Shown: piece by piece, positions 37,976 through 50,255 of the stretch | Layout of the letters: each line of letters opens with the position of its first letter | How positions within the stretch are numbered: the first letter of the stretch is position 1 | Assembly: GCF_009834535.1 (NCBI RefSeq) | Contig: NC_045707.1 | Coordinates: 58,344,001-58,408,000, forward strand | Direction of reading: 5' to 3' | Source of the DNA: Camelus ferus | Taxonomy: Eukaryota | DNA: 64,000 bases | Notes under the pieces: generated by a model | Databases searched by the model: none | The model's input: only the letters and a program-made list of their open reading frames with translations | Told to the model about the DNA's origin: nothing | Made by a program: the position numbers and the translations under genes

Positions 37976-38224
37976 GACCGCTATAGCAACAGTACAAAGA
38001 TGAAAAGTAAATGAACAGGAGTACCCTTCACCTGCCCCTAGACCTCTGCCCTCCCTCCCAGGTCTCTCCACATATACAGGCTTGTGATTTTCCATTAATG
38101 AGTGCCTTCTGTGCCTCCTAGGAAAGACAAGAGTTATAATATGTACCTTCTTGAAGTTTTATTAGCAAATGCTTCGAGATCAGAGTAAGAAAACTGCCAA
38201 ACTAGTTAATACCAGTAGCTTTTA

Positions 38225-38366
38225 TTTTTTTATTTTATTATTTATTTTCATCGAAGTATAGTTGGTTTACAATGTTGTGTTAATTTCTGGTGTACAACAC
38301 AGTGACTCTGTTATATGTATTCCTTTTCATATTCTTTTTCATTCTAGGCTATTACAAGGTATTGAA
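38225..38366 (-). mobile_element. 5'-truncated L1 3' tail
   Basis: gaagtatagttggtttacaatgttgtgttaatttctggtgtac; exact 12-bp TSD cagtagctttta at 38213-38224 and 38367-38378. Confidence 0.88.
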
Positions 38367-39065
38367 CAGTAGCTTTTAATCTCTTCCTAATGTAATTGCT
38401 TTATTATATGCTATCACTCGAGTCATTTTCCAATTCAAGAATATTCCTAGGAAGTATGTGGTTGACCTTAGTTCACCAGCCTGTTCTTTTCATTCCTCTA
38501 AGCCCTTTGTTATGAAGTCAAGCAAACGAAGTAAGCTGGGTAGACACCATTGCTGTTGCGGCTGTGAAGACCTGTAGTAGCATTCAAGTGAGAGTTCCTC
38601 CCATGGTTTAAAGAATCCTTTGCAATTAACCGGATCTATACTTTGAGGATGCTCTATTTCGTTTTGTTTTGTCTTGTTTCCTTTTCTTCTGTTGATTCTG
38701 AAGACTTCGGTTTTCTGGAAATGGCTTAAAAGCAGCCTCTTGAATTTTCTCTCTGATGGGTTAGGTAGCTTTCTAGTGGTAGGAAATGCAGACACTATGA
38801 CTCAGACAGCCTCAAGCCCAGGCAGAGAAGTTAAACGCAGATAAAAAAGGAGCAGGTATACATTTCTAATTTCTGCTCCACAGTGCTTGTGTAAGGAATG
38901 TCATCAGGAAAATAAAAGCGGGGAGGTTGTTATGGTAATCTAGCTTGTCATTCGTTTCCCCAGGAAACACTCGGTGAGGGTCTCGTTCAGTGCCCAGTGG
39001 TGCCGGCTCAGCTCCCATCCTCACGGTTACGTTGGCACAGGCTTGGGAAAGTTTGGTACACTCAT

Positions 39066-39066
<1 letters not shown>

Positions 39067-39096
<30 letters not shown>

Positions 39097-39101
39097 AAGA
39101 A
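39067..39101. repeat. (AAG)n microsatellite, about 11 units
   Basis: Pure trinucleotide run read directly. Confidence 0.95.
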
Positions 39102-40099
39102 AGAATTCCTTAGAACTTTAAAGTCATTAGTGTTTTCCTCTGCTCATTTGTTTAAAGATTCACTTATTAATTCATTCAGCAAATAAAGAAAATATATTTC
39201 TATTGATTAATTATTGTGGAAAAGACTATGCTTTCTGGATTCATGAAAGAACAAATAAAGATACAGCTTTCAAAGAGCTAAGGAGCCCACGGCATTTTGG
39301 TGTTTCCTGTGGCATCAGTAGAGTTAAATCCAATATGATAACCAGCAGTGGTTTGAAACACTCATTTGAAATGTCCTGGGGCTGGAATAAATAATGAATC
39401 ATTATTACAAAGTGCTAGGTCCCTGGGGAGTGTGATCTTTGGACCAGTCAGAGATGGGATGAAAGGCATTTCTGGCCACTGAGGCTGTGTGAGAAAACAG
39501 CATCAGTAATAAATGCAGTCACATCTCGGCGTACACGATGGGGATAGGGCTGCCGCCTCTCTGGTATCTACTGTATTTTCCCATTTCTTAGTTACAGTGC
39601 TTTGTGTCATCTAAACCCTGCTGAGTTTTCCTCTTTGGCTCTAATGAACATTTTTTTCTCCAAAAATTGTTGACCGCTGTCCCTCCTACAGAGTTGCTAA
39701 CAAATCTTACAAGCTCAAGGCCAGGAATGACAAACCATGTGCAAGCAGAGCTGAAAAATAATGTTAGAGTCAAGTGACCATCAGTTTGTAATCTTTTTAT
39801 TCTTGTTAACATACAGAATGTCCCACCGCTGCAGGCAGATTATTGGAATACTTTGGGAATAAGATCTTAGCTTTGGGAAGCTGTGAGGTGAGCTTCAATA
39901 TTGAAGGGATCTGTTCAGATTTCCAGTCTAGAGAAATCTGGGGAAATCTAGAGAATTTGTTGAGACCTCACCAAGAGAGTTTTTGAAAAAGTAGATCAAA
40001 GGTAGAAGAGTACGGCTTTGAGTAACAGGATGTGATGGCTTGTGAAGGACAGTTCTCTTTGGGAGGCAGGTATGATGAGTGGAAGGGGAGGGGTGGTTG

Positions 40100-40465
40100 G
40101 GGCAGGTCTCCTTTGGTTTTTTTGACACCTCTGTGAGGTAGGTGCTCAGACTCCCATAGTCTCTGCTATTTCCATTTACAAAAGCTGTTGAACTTGAAGT
40201 GAGGTGAGTGATTTAACTTAGAAGCCTGTGCTTCATAGATATGCTACCGTCTCAGGAAGAGCACAGGCTTTCCAGCCAGATCTGCTTTGGAATTCTGACG
40301 AGGCGGCTTGTTGGACTGATGTGATCTTGGTTTTTCCCTTTTCTCATCTGTACAATGCACCTTAGAAAGCCCAGGCTGTTACCGAAAGATTAAGTAACTG
40401 TATGTGAACACCCACTGCCACATCAGGTACACGGTAGCTTTTCGATAAATGGAAGCTATTATAAT
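40100..40465. mobile_element. Two MIR fragments in opposite orientation
   Basis: cctctgtgaggtaggtgct...ccatttaca (antisense), then agagcacaggctttccagccaga...ctcatctgtacaatg (sense). Confidence 0.6.
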
Positions 40466-40659
40466 GACAGAGTTACACAGGAAGGCTGAAAAATCCTTAT
40501 TTTCCAAAAATACTGAAAAATACACAGATTTCCATTAAATTGTAATATTAGGTGTGATCCTGGAAAAGGGGATTTGAAAACCTTCCTCACACTCCCAACA
40601 ATAAAATTTTATTTTGTTTTTTCCCTGAATACAAAATAATGTTGGGTTGGTATAACAAT

Positions 40660-41130
40660 TCAGTATATTTACTAGTATATACAGTAAAACTGTACTTCCT
40701 CCAATTCCGTGCCCTGAGCTGATCACCTGATCATGATGAACAGTTTTACTGTTCACATCTTTCCCTAGTTACATGAAAAAATACACATATATTCATATGC
40801 ATATACATTTTTTGTAACAATGGAATTATATTGTGCACGTATTTCTGCAACTTGCTTTTTTTATACAACAGTGTATCATGGACATCTTTCTATGATAATT
40901 CATGAAGTTCTATCTAGTTTTTATTATATATTTTTAATAGTTGTATAATATTCCCTAGTGTGGATACATTGCTGTTTGTTCAATCAGTCTCCTGCTGTTT
41001 GACTTTTAGATCATTTATTTTTTTTAACCATAACAAATGATGCTGCAATGCACAACCTTAAATGTTTTATTTGTGTAGGATATAGTCTTAGAAATATGCA
41101 CCTCTGGGTCAATGCATACTTAATATTGTA
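40660..41130 (-). mobile_element. Ancient L1ME-like fragment
   Basis: tatttctgcaacttgctttttt...tatcatggacatctttc...aacaaatgatgctgcaatg. Confidence 0.7.
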
Positions 41131-43229
41131 ATAAGCTAGTTTTCAGAAGACTTTACTGGGTTCAAGTTAGGATTTATTTTTACTGACTTTGAACAAACAT
41201 GTATGGCTTGCACTACTGAAAAACAACATAAAAGATATGGCCTGTTGACCACTGAATTAATGGGACATCAACTGAATAAGATTGGAAGTAAATGTTTATT
41301 TCTCTTGGACTCTGGAAGTTATGGGGTTGTCCTCTTCCTGGAACTTGTTTCAGTAACTCTGATCCCTTGGGAACAAAATTGCAGCTTTGGGAGCTTTGGG
41401 ATTTACCAAAGAGGAATGTCCTTAGATGGTTTAAAGCAACGCTGGTGGCTCAAGTTAGATCATTAGTACCTTTCCATCAGTGGTGTCCAAGAGGGGCGGG
41501 AGGTGCAGTTTGAAGTGGGATCTTTGTTCATATCCCCGAGGACACTGTCAAGACAACCAAGGCAATTTTCTCTTGTACTTTTAAGAGTGAAATCAGCTTG
41601 GAGAAAACTGGCATGTTACTTCAGTGGGAGAAATGCAGCATGCTTAGTTATCCAACTCGTACAACTACCACCTATTTTAACAAAATGGGCTCAGAGAGTC
41701 TGGGTCATTTGCATTGTTGGGAGCCAGAGAGGAAAACTGGTTGCGCTGTAGACGAGGGATTTTTCTCTTTCTTTGCTCTCCACGCTCCTTTATCTCCTTC
41801 TATTTCACACACTTTCCCTGACAAAAACCTAAGCCACAACGGCACACAGAGAGCACTCCGCCACCGATAGCGCGAGGAAAAGCGCCGGGGCCCTTGGAAC
41901 CCTCCCGGGGTGAAAAGTGCTTCTACGAACTTGTTTGTTGATTTGCCTCCGAGAAAGAGTCTTATTTTCTCTCTAGTAGCTCCAGAAGAGGCAATTAATT
42001 TCTAGTTTTGAATTCATTTTCTTCTTTATGGAAATGTTAAAGCTTTTATCAAAAATAGTACCTGCACATAGTTTAACAGTAAAATGGTGCAAAACGACTT
42101 ATAATGAAAAATAATTTACTCGCTCTCCCCTCCTTAGTTCTGGTCCCATTTTTAACATCTATTTCCTCTGAGAACTACCTCCATCTCTCTAAATAGAATT
42201 CTTGAACTGCGACTTCTTTTATTTTGTTAAAAATTTAATTCTATACGTATATATGTAATCTTCTGCTATTGTACTTGAGAATTTATTTCACTTACATTTC
42301 CTCCTTCCTTCTTTTTTCCTTCCTCCCCGTACATTTAAATCACCGTTTTAAATGCTGCAGTGGGCTATCATATGTTAAGTTGTTTTCACTCCTTGTAAGA
42401 GAAAATCAATTCCACCTATTTTCAGCAGTAAGGAAAATGTATTTTCCCACAATAAGATGTTCCAAGGTAGGTCAGCTATAAGGTTAATTAATTCAGATAA
42501 TGTCTAAGAGAATATGAGAGCTTTCTTTATATCTTTCCCAGAAGCCCAGTGCAGGTGTTTTTCCCTGTCTCTTTGGCTGGAAGCAGCCTCCTACTCACTG
42601 CTAATGACTGACAAGGGGTGTACCGTTGCCACGATTCCGATCAACCCTGGGTTACCAGCACATGATTCCAAAGAATAGTGTGGACACAGGACTATAATCA
42701 TACAATCTGGGCTCTGTTCACAAGTGAGAGGCGGGGGGCAGGGAGTGGAGAGCAGGGGAGGTCAGGCGCCAGTGAAGTCCCCTCTAATGATCTCAGTAGC
42801 CTTCATCTATTTATACCTTTCTTTGTTCTTCCGTAGATTCTCCGACCCCTCCCCGCGGCAATCTGCCCTTCCTTTCACTTCTTACATTTGTCATCTGTGC
42901 TGTTGTTACAGCCTCACATTTGCTGCCATCACATTCTGCTTGGGACGTTTTGCAGTTGTTCAAGTTTTATGCATATATTGACCCTGTTGAAAATCAACCA
43001 TTGATGTGTGGATTACCGTGGCATACAATTCTCTTTCAAAATCAAAACTCTATCTTCTATGCTTACCGTTATGCCTGGTGCATCACGGGCACTTGGATTT
43101 GCTGAATGAATGAATGAATGAATGAATGTGTGAGTTATTTACAAGTGGATTCTACCTGCAGTGTCAAGTCCGTTAGGGTGGAGGGAGGGTGGGAGAAGGG
43201 TGAGGAAAGAGATGTAGGAATACACCTAA

Positions 43230-43420
43230 ATAAGGTTCTCTGGTATAGCATAGGGAACTATGTTCAGTAACTTGTAATAACCAATAATGAAACAGAATAT
43301 GAGAAAAAAAAGTTATATATGTAGAACTGACTCACTATGCTGTACCCCAGAAACTAACACAACATTGTAAATCATCTATGCTTCAATTAAAAAAAAAATT
43401 GAAAATTGAAAAAAAAAATT
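43230..43420 (+). mobile_element. L1 3' tail with poly(A)
   Basis: tatagcatagggaactatgttcagtaacttgtaataacc...ccagaaactaacacaacattgtaaatc...aaaaaaa. Confidence 0.85.
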
Positions 43421-44934
43421 GGGGATCCCAACCTCCTGTTGGGTCTGATATGAAGGTAGTTAAAGCTACTATAGAAACAAAGCCTTGGGACTGGGGGAAA
43501 TCTCAGCTTTCATATGTAAATTGTAGTACTCTGTAATTACACTTCACCAAGAATTGGGAGAATATTTCTTCCAAAGACAGTGATAGGGCATGTGTTACTG
43601 CTGGCTGCTGGGACTTTGTCCAGCTCTGGACTGGTGCATCCGTACACAGGGTACAAAATGATTTCCTTGGCTCAGTGCTGGAGAACGTATACCTTTCACA
43701 CAGTAGAACATACAGGCTTTCAATTAGGATTCGCTTCAGCAGGCTACCTCCCTGTGATAAATGACCCATGGGGAAAGACAAATGAAGCTCGGCACTGGGC
43801 GAGCTGTTCTCTGAGAATAACTCTGCTCTCCGGGGATTGTCAGTGAGAATTCCTGGTGAGGGGAAATGGATTGTGTCCCAGGGAGAGAAAAAAAAAATAC
43901 ACAGGAGCCAGTATTGCTGTGAGGACTGTGGATGAGAGGCTCCAAGGAAGAGTCAATAACGAATGGATGGAGAGTTAGAAATGTGAAACTTGTATATAGG
44001 AAATCTTTGCAGCTCTAATTAGAAGCAGAATATGGATTCAGCTCTGAAGGCAGCTCTGAAATCCTTGACACTCCATTTCACTATTCATGCAATTCACCTG
44101 CTTTAGCATATTGGTGGGCAGAAACTCTGGTTACAATGACACTAATTAGAGTATCTGTACTTGCACCTAGTGGACCATTTCCCTGGCTTTGCATCTCAAG
44201 TAGTGAACGGAAGAGGGAATTTTAATGATGCCCTATTAAGGCAGCTAAACAGTGCAACAAATAGTTCTCAGTTCCTCAGCTGGCATTGTTAAGAAAATCA
44301 TTTGTGCTAGTGGAATTCTAGTTTCTGAACAATTGAGGGTTATTGTTGGTTCTCAAAGGACCACTGATTCAGACACCTTTTCACAGATGGGCATAGGAGA
44401 AAAGATGGAAAATGTTTCTGTGGTTTGCATGGAGAAAAGGAATAATTTTATTCCTCTCACTGACTTAGGATAATTATTTTGGAATAATTTCCTCCCACCA
44501 TGGGCCAACTTAGGGTAGCTGTGAAAATTGAGTTACTGAAAAGTGGTAAGCCAGAATTCCTGCATCATTAAATGTAGTTATCGGGTAATAACGAGGGTTC
44601 TGTTAGTGAGCAGCCACGGAAGCAGCCTGCTGAGATTTCAAACCCAAAACTCTGGACTGACCCCTGAGAGTCAGGGCTGTTGAATCTGGGTCTTGGCCCC
44701 TCCCTGAAGTGGACCTGGCTCCTCCCTGCCCCACATCTCTCCTTCACTCTAGGGCGAGCCCGTATTAACCCCTGCATTTCTAACTCCATCCAGGGTCAGT
44801 CGTCCTGCCTTTTCTGAACCCCAGACCTGAGACTGAGGGTCGGCAGTTTGCTGGAATCTGATTGGACTTAGTGTCAGAGCAGCAGGGCTGTGGGTGAATG
44901 GTACGATTCACCCCGATGCTGGATTCTTTTCTTC

Positions 44935-45027
44935 TTCTTCTTTTTAATTTTATTTTTAGTAAGTGTAGTTGATTTACAAAGTTACATTCAGTTGTACAGC
45001 AAAATGATTCAGTTATACATACATACA

Positions 45028-45060
<33 letters not shown>

Positions 45061-45390
45061 TTTCCTTCCAGATTCTTTTCCATTGTATGTTATTACAAGA
45101 AATTGAATCAAGTTCTCTGTGTTACACAGTAGGTCCTTATTGTTTATCTATTTTATATATAGTAATGTGTGTCTGTTAATCCCAAACTCCTAATTTATCC
45201 CTCCCTGCCCTTGCCTCTTTGGTAACCATAGTTTGCTTTCTGTGTCCATGAGTCTATTTTTGGTTTGTAAATAGAACTTGCATCTTTTTTTTTAGATTCC
45301 ACATATACATGATATCATATGATATTTGTCTTTTACTGTCTGACTTACTTCACTTAATATGATAATCTCTATATCCATCCATGTCACTGT
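44935..45390 (-). mobile_element. L1 3' end (antisense) containing a (TACA)n microsatellite
   Basis: tagttgatttaca..., tttagattccacatat...ctgacttacttcactta...tccatccatgt. Confidence 0.88.
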
Positions 45391-46095
45391 GTTAAAAAGT
45401 CTACAAATAATAAATGCTGGAGATGGTGTGGAGAAAAAGGAATCCTACACTGCTGGTTGGACTACATATAAATGGGTGTAGCCACTGTGGAGGACAGTAT
45501 GGAGGTTCCTTAAAAAACTAAAAATAGAGTTCCCATAAGATCCAGCAATCCCACTTCTGGGCATATATCCAGAGAAAACTCTAATTTGAAAAGATACATG
45601 CACCCTAATATTCACAGCAGCACTATTTACAATAGCCAAGACATGGAAGCAACCTAAATGTCCATCAACAGATGACTGGGTAAAGAAGTTGTGGTATATA
45701 CTTATAGAATGGAGTACTACTCAGCCATAAAAAGAATAAAATAATGCCATTTGCAGCAACATGGATGGACCTAGAGATTGTCATTCTAAGTGAAATATGC
45801 CAGAAAGAGAAAGAAAAATACCATATGATATCACTCATATGTAAAATCTAAAAAACAAATCAAAATAAATGAACTTATTTTAAAAACAGAAACAGATTCA
45901 CAGACATAGAAAACAAACTTACAGTTACCAGGGGGAGAGGAGGTAGGGAGGGATAAATGGGGAGTTTGAGATTTGATACTAACTACTATATATAAAATAG
46001 ATAAACAAGTTTCTTCTGTGTAGTACAGGGAACTATATTCAATATCTTGTAGTAACCTATAATGAAAAATAATATGAAAATGAAAAAAAAAAAAA
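45391..46095 (+). mobile_element. L1 ORF2 C-terminal region plus 3'UTR and poly(A); decayed
   Basis: Translates [25 protein letters not shown], a disrupted ORF2 Cys-rich knuckle; continues with gatccagcaatcccacttctggg and ends in an A-run at ~46083-46095. Confidence 0.92.
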
Positions 46096-47575
46096 GCCCA
46101 AAAAACCCTTGCCTTACACAATGGCCAGGACTAAATGGGAATGATGCATTTGAAGTCACTTGAAAGCTGTTGGCTTTGTGAGAAGATCAGGCAAACTCTT
46201 TCAACAGTAACTTACCGTTCTTGTTCGGGAATAACTGCCTTCCATGCCTTCCCCCTTGTCACGTGATGCCCGGAGTTGTAATCATGGCAGGCGTTCCACT
46301 TCCTGGCTTCCTCCTTCAGTTATGAACATTATTGCGTTGCTATACATTTTTTCTTTTTACTGCAAAGTATCTCACACACATAGTGTATAAAATGCATATA
46401 CACATTTGAAAAAATAATTATAAAATGAAAAGTTGCGGATCCATTAACTAGATCAAAACACTACTGACCCTTTAGAAATGGTCCCAGGACCCTCCCTGAG
46501 GGAACCCTCTTTTCACCCTTCTAGAGGAACAGCTGTTCTGGTTCTGTGCTCACCGTGGTGTTTCTCCTGATAGTCTTATCACCTATGTGCGTATCCTTCA
46601 ACAATACGAGTGCAAATCTAGCTGTGTAAGGAAAAGACAATATCGCCACTGAGGGGCATGATGTGGGACCGCATCCACCTTCTTTTTTAGAAGATGGGAG
46701 AGCTTCCATCAGCCACAACGACAGGTGCATCAGCAGCTCTCCTTCCTGAAACCCCTGCTTGCATCTCTGCTGCTGATGGCACGTGATGCAAATTAGGGAA
46801 GGAAACTCCTGTTGTGTTAAGCCAGTGAGGGGTCAGGACGTGTCTGTTACGGCAGGTACCCAGTAATCACCCCAATTAATCATCCCACCTCCTCCTGTGC
46901 TTTAATTACCTGTGAGCTTGGGTAACCTCCAGAATGGCTGGTATCACTGCAGTGGTCTTTTCCCCCCACACTCTTGTGGGTTTCCTCCATCAATCCACTG
47001 CAGCGTGATTTTTATACCTCAGGAATTTCACAACATTTCTAGTCTGCTGATGGCCCTTTGTTCTACTTTCTTGCCATCATTCCTGTTGCTTCGGGGATTT
47101 GGGGTTGAGAAAGTAATTAAATTTCTCTGCTTAATCCACCATCTTGAGTCAATCTTCCTCTCATGGTATTAATTTGCATTTTTTGATTCCTAATAAGACT
47201 GAATATTTTCCCACATGTTTGTTTACGATTTCCTAACTTGTGGATTTGCTGCCTTTTGTGACTTTCCTTAGCTTCTTTCTTTATTGCAGTATTCATTTGT
47301 TAAGAATTAAGAACTCCTGCTCAGCTGTATTCAGATGTATTAATCCTAAAACAGGCCCTGGGCATTCCGGTTTCCCCATATTTACTCATGTTGGTCTAGC
47401 TTTGAGTTATTCCCTCTCTCCTCTGCCCTCTATTTGTTTCCACTGGACCCTTCACAACGTTTCTGAAAGACCTGCGGTTCAGTTACAGACCCAGACTTTG
47501 GTTATCATCCCTCCCCTAATTACAGACATACCTCGTTTTATTGCCTTCACTTTACTGTGTTTCACAGATTCTACG

Positions 47576-47578
47576 TTT

Positions 47579-47661
<83 letters not shown>

Positions 47662-47743
47662 TCCTTCCTTCCTTCCTTCCTTCCTTCTTTCTTTCCTTCT
47701 TTCTTTCCTTCTTTCCCTCTTTCCCTCTTTCTCTCTTTCTTTC
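47576..47743. repeat. Compound (TTTC)n/(TTCC)n microsatellite inside Tigger1
   Basis: ~170 bp pyrimidine-only tract read directly. Confidence 0.95.
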
Positions 47744-48082
47744 TACCTGAAGGTTTATAGCAACCCTGTGTCAACCAAGTCTACAGGCATCTTTTTTTCA
47801 ACAGTGTTTTCTCACTTCATATCTCTCTGTCAGATTTTGCTAATTCTCCCAATATTTCAAACCCTTTCAAATTTTACTGTATTTGTTACAGTGATCTGTG
47901 ATCAGTGGTCTTTAATGTTACTGTTATAATTGCTTTGGGGGCCAGGAATCGTGCCCATACAAGATAGGGAGCTTAACAGATAAATGGTATGTGTGTTCTG
48001 ACTGCTCCGCTGGCCAGCTGTCTTCCTGGGCTTTTCCCTGAGAATATCAGTATGGAAACTAGGCCATTTAATAGCCTCACAA

Positions 48083-49778
48083 TGGCCTCTAAGTGTTCAA
48101 GTAAGAGGAAGAGTCACCTGGCTCTCATTTTAAATAAAAAGCTAGAAACTTAGTGAGGAAGGCATGTCGAAAGCTAAGACAAGCCAAAAGGTAGTCCACT
48201 AGTGCTCATTAGCCAAGATGTGGATGCAAAGGAAAAGTTCTTGAAGGAAATTAAAAGTGCTACTCCAGTGAACAGAATGATAAGAGAACAAAACAGCCTT
48301 ATATTGCTAATATGGAGAAAGCTTTAGTGGTCCAGATAGAAGATAAAACCAGCCACAATGTTCCATTAATCCAAAACCTAATCCAGAGCAGGGCCCTAAC
48401 TCTTCAATTCTATGAAAGCTAAGAGAGGTCAGGAAGCTTCAGGAGAAAAGTCTGAAGCTAGCAGAGGTTGGCTCCTGAGGTTTAAGGAAAGAAGCCGTCT
48501 CTACAACACAGAAGTGCAAGGTGAAGCAGCCAGTGCTGATGTAGAAGCTGCAGCAAGTTCTCCAGAAGATCGAGCTAAGATCATGAATGAAGGTGCGCCA
48601 CTAAACAACAGATTTTCAGTGTAGACAGAATAGCTTTATACTGGAAGAAGATGCCATCTAGGACGTTCATAGATAGTGAGGAGAAGTCAATGCCTGGCTT
48701 CAAAACATCAAAGGGCAGGCTGACTCTCTTGTCAGTTAGGAGCTAATACAGCTGGTGACCTGACATTGAAGCCAATGCTCACTTACCATCTGAAAATCCT
48801 AGGGCCCTTAAGAACTATGTTGAATCTAGTCTGCCTGTGCTCTATAAATGGAGCAACAAAGCCTGTGCTCTATAAACAGAGCAACAAAGCCTTGATGACA
48901 GCACATCTGTTTACAACATGGTTTTCTGAATATTTTAAGCCCTCCATTGAGACCTACCACTTAGAAAAGAAGCTTCTTTTCAAACCATTGCTGCTCATTG
49001 ACAATGCACATAGTCACCCATGAGCTCTCTGATGGAGATGGACAATGAGATTCAGGTTGTTTTCATGCTGCTAACACAACACCCATTCTGCAGCCTATGG
49101 ATCAAGGAATGATTTTGACTTGCAAGTCTTATTATTTAAGAACTACACTGTATAAGGCTATAGCTGCCACAGATTCCTCTGATGGATCTGGGCAGAGTCA
49201 ATTGAAAACCTTCTGGGAAGGATTCACTACTCTAGATGCCATTAAGAACATTTGTGATTCATGGGAAGAGGTCAAAATATCAACATTAACAGGAGTTTGG
49301 ATCCCAGTCCTCATGCAAGACTTCAGTGGAGGAAGTAACCACAGATGTGGTGGAAATAGCAAGAGATCAAGGATTAGAAGTGGAATCTGAAGATGAGTCT
49401 GAATTGATGCAATCTCATGATAAAACTTGATTGGATGAGGAGTTGGTTCTTAGGGATGAGCAAAGAAAGTGGTTTCTTGAGACGGAATCTACTCCTGGTG
49501 AAGATGCTGTGAAGGTTGTTGAAATGACAACAAAAGATTTAGAGTATTATGTAAACTTAGTTGACAAAGCAGTGGCAGGGTTTGAGAGGATTAACTCCAA
49601 TTTTGAAAGAAGTTCTATTGTGGATAAAATGCTAACAAACAGCACTGCATGCTACAGAGAAACCCTTTGTGAAAGGAACAGTCAATCGATGCAGCAACCT
49701 TCAGCGCCCAACACCCTGATCAGTCAGCAGCCATCAGCATGGAGGCAAGACCCTCCACCAGCGAAAAGCCTGATTTAA
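48083..49778 (+). pseudogene. Disrupted Tigger1 transposase (CENP-B-type HTH plus DDE domain remnants)
   Basis: ORF-track fragments in different frames: [67 protein letters not shown]; multiple frameshifts and stops. Confidence 0.88.
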
Positions 49779-50049
49779 TGAAGGTTCAGACAATGATTAG
49801 CGTCTTCTAGCAATGAAATATTTTTGTATTAAGTTAGGTACATTGTTTTTCAAGATATAATGCAATTGCATACTTAATAGACTACAGTATAGTGTAAACA
49901 TAACTTTTGTATGCACTGGGAAAACAAAAAATTCACATGACTCGCTTTATTGTGATCTTTGCTTTATTGTAATGCTCTGGAACGGAACCTGCAATATCGC
50001 TGAGATATGGAAATATTTACAATGGGAAATATTTATTGTGTATTTACTC

Positions 50050-50255
50050 TTGTCAGCCTCCATACTAAGCATTTTACGTACGTTATCACATTTAATTCTT
50101 AAAACAACCTGCAGTAGTTACAATTATTAAATTCATTTCACAGATGAGGAAACTGAGTTATAGACAGGTTAGGTAATATACCTAAAGTCACAAAGGTGGA
50201 GTGAGATGGAACAGGGACTGAAGCCCATTCTGCCTGTTTGCAAAGCCTTTAACCA
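50050..50255 (-). mobile_element. MIR SINE
   Basis: catttcacagatgaggaaactgag...aggttaggtaatatacctaaagtcaca. Confidence 0.85.

Larger units (their letters stand above)
47523..50009 (+). mobile_element. Near full-length Tigger1 (TcMar-Tigger/pogo) DNA transposon
   Basis: TA then cagacatacctcgttttattg matches the Tigger1 left end; right end ggaacggaacctgcaatatcgctgagatatg; ~2.5 kb; internal transposase fragments. Confidence 0.93.

Noticed and set aside
47240..47929. 229-aa ORF, the longest in the track
   Set aside because: Kept open by the stop-free (TTTC)n tract; low-complexity F/L/S product overlapping the Tigger1 end
48412..49778. Domesticated TIGD1-like gene
   Set aside because: Fragments lie in different frames with stops, inside an element that retains transposon ends
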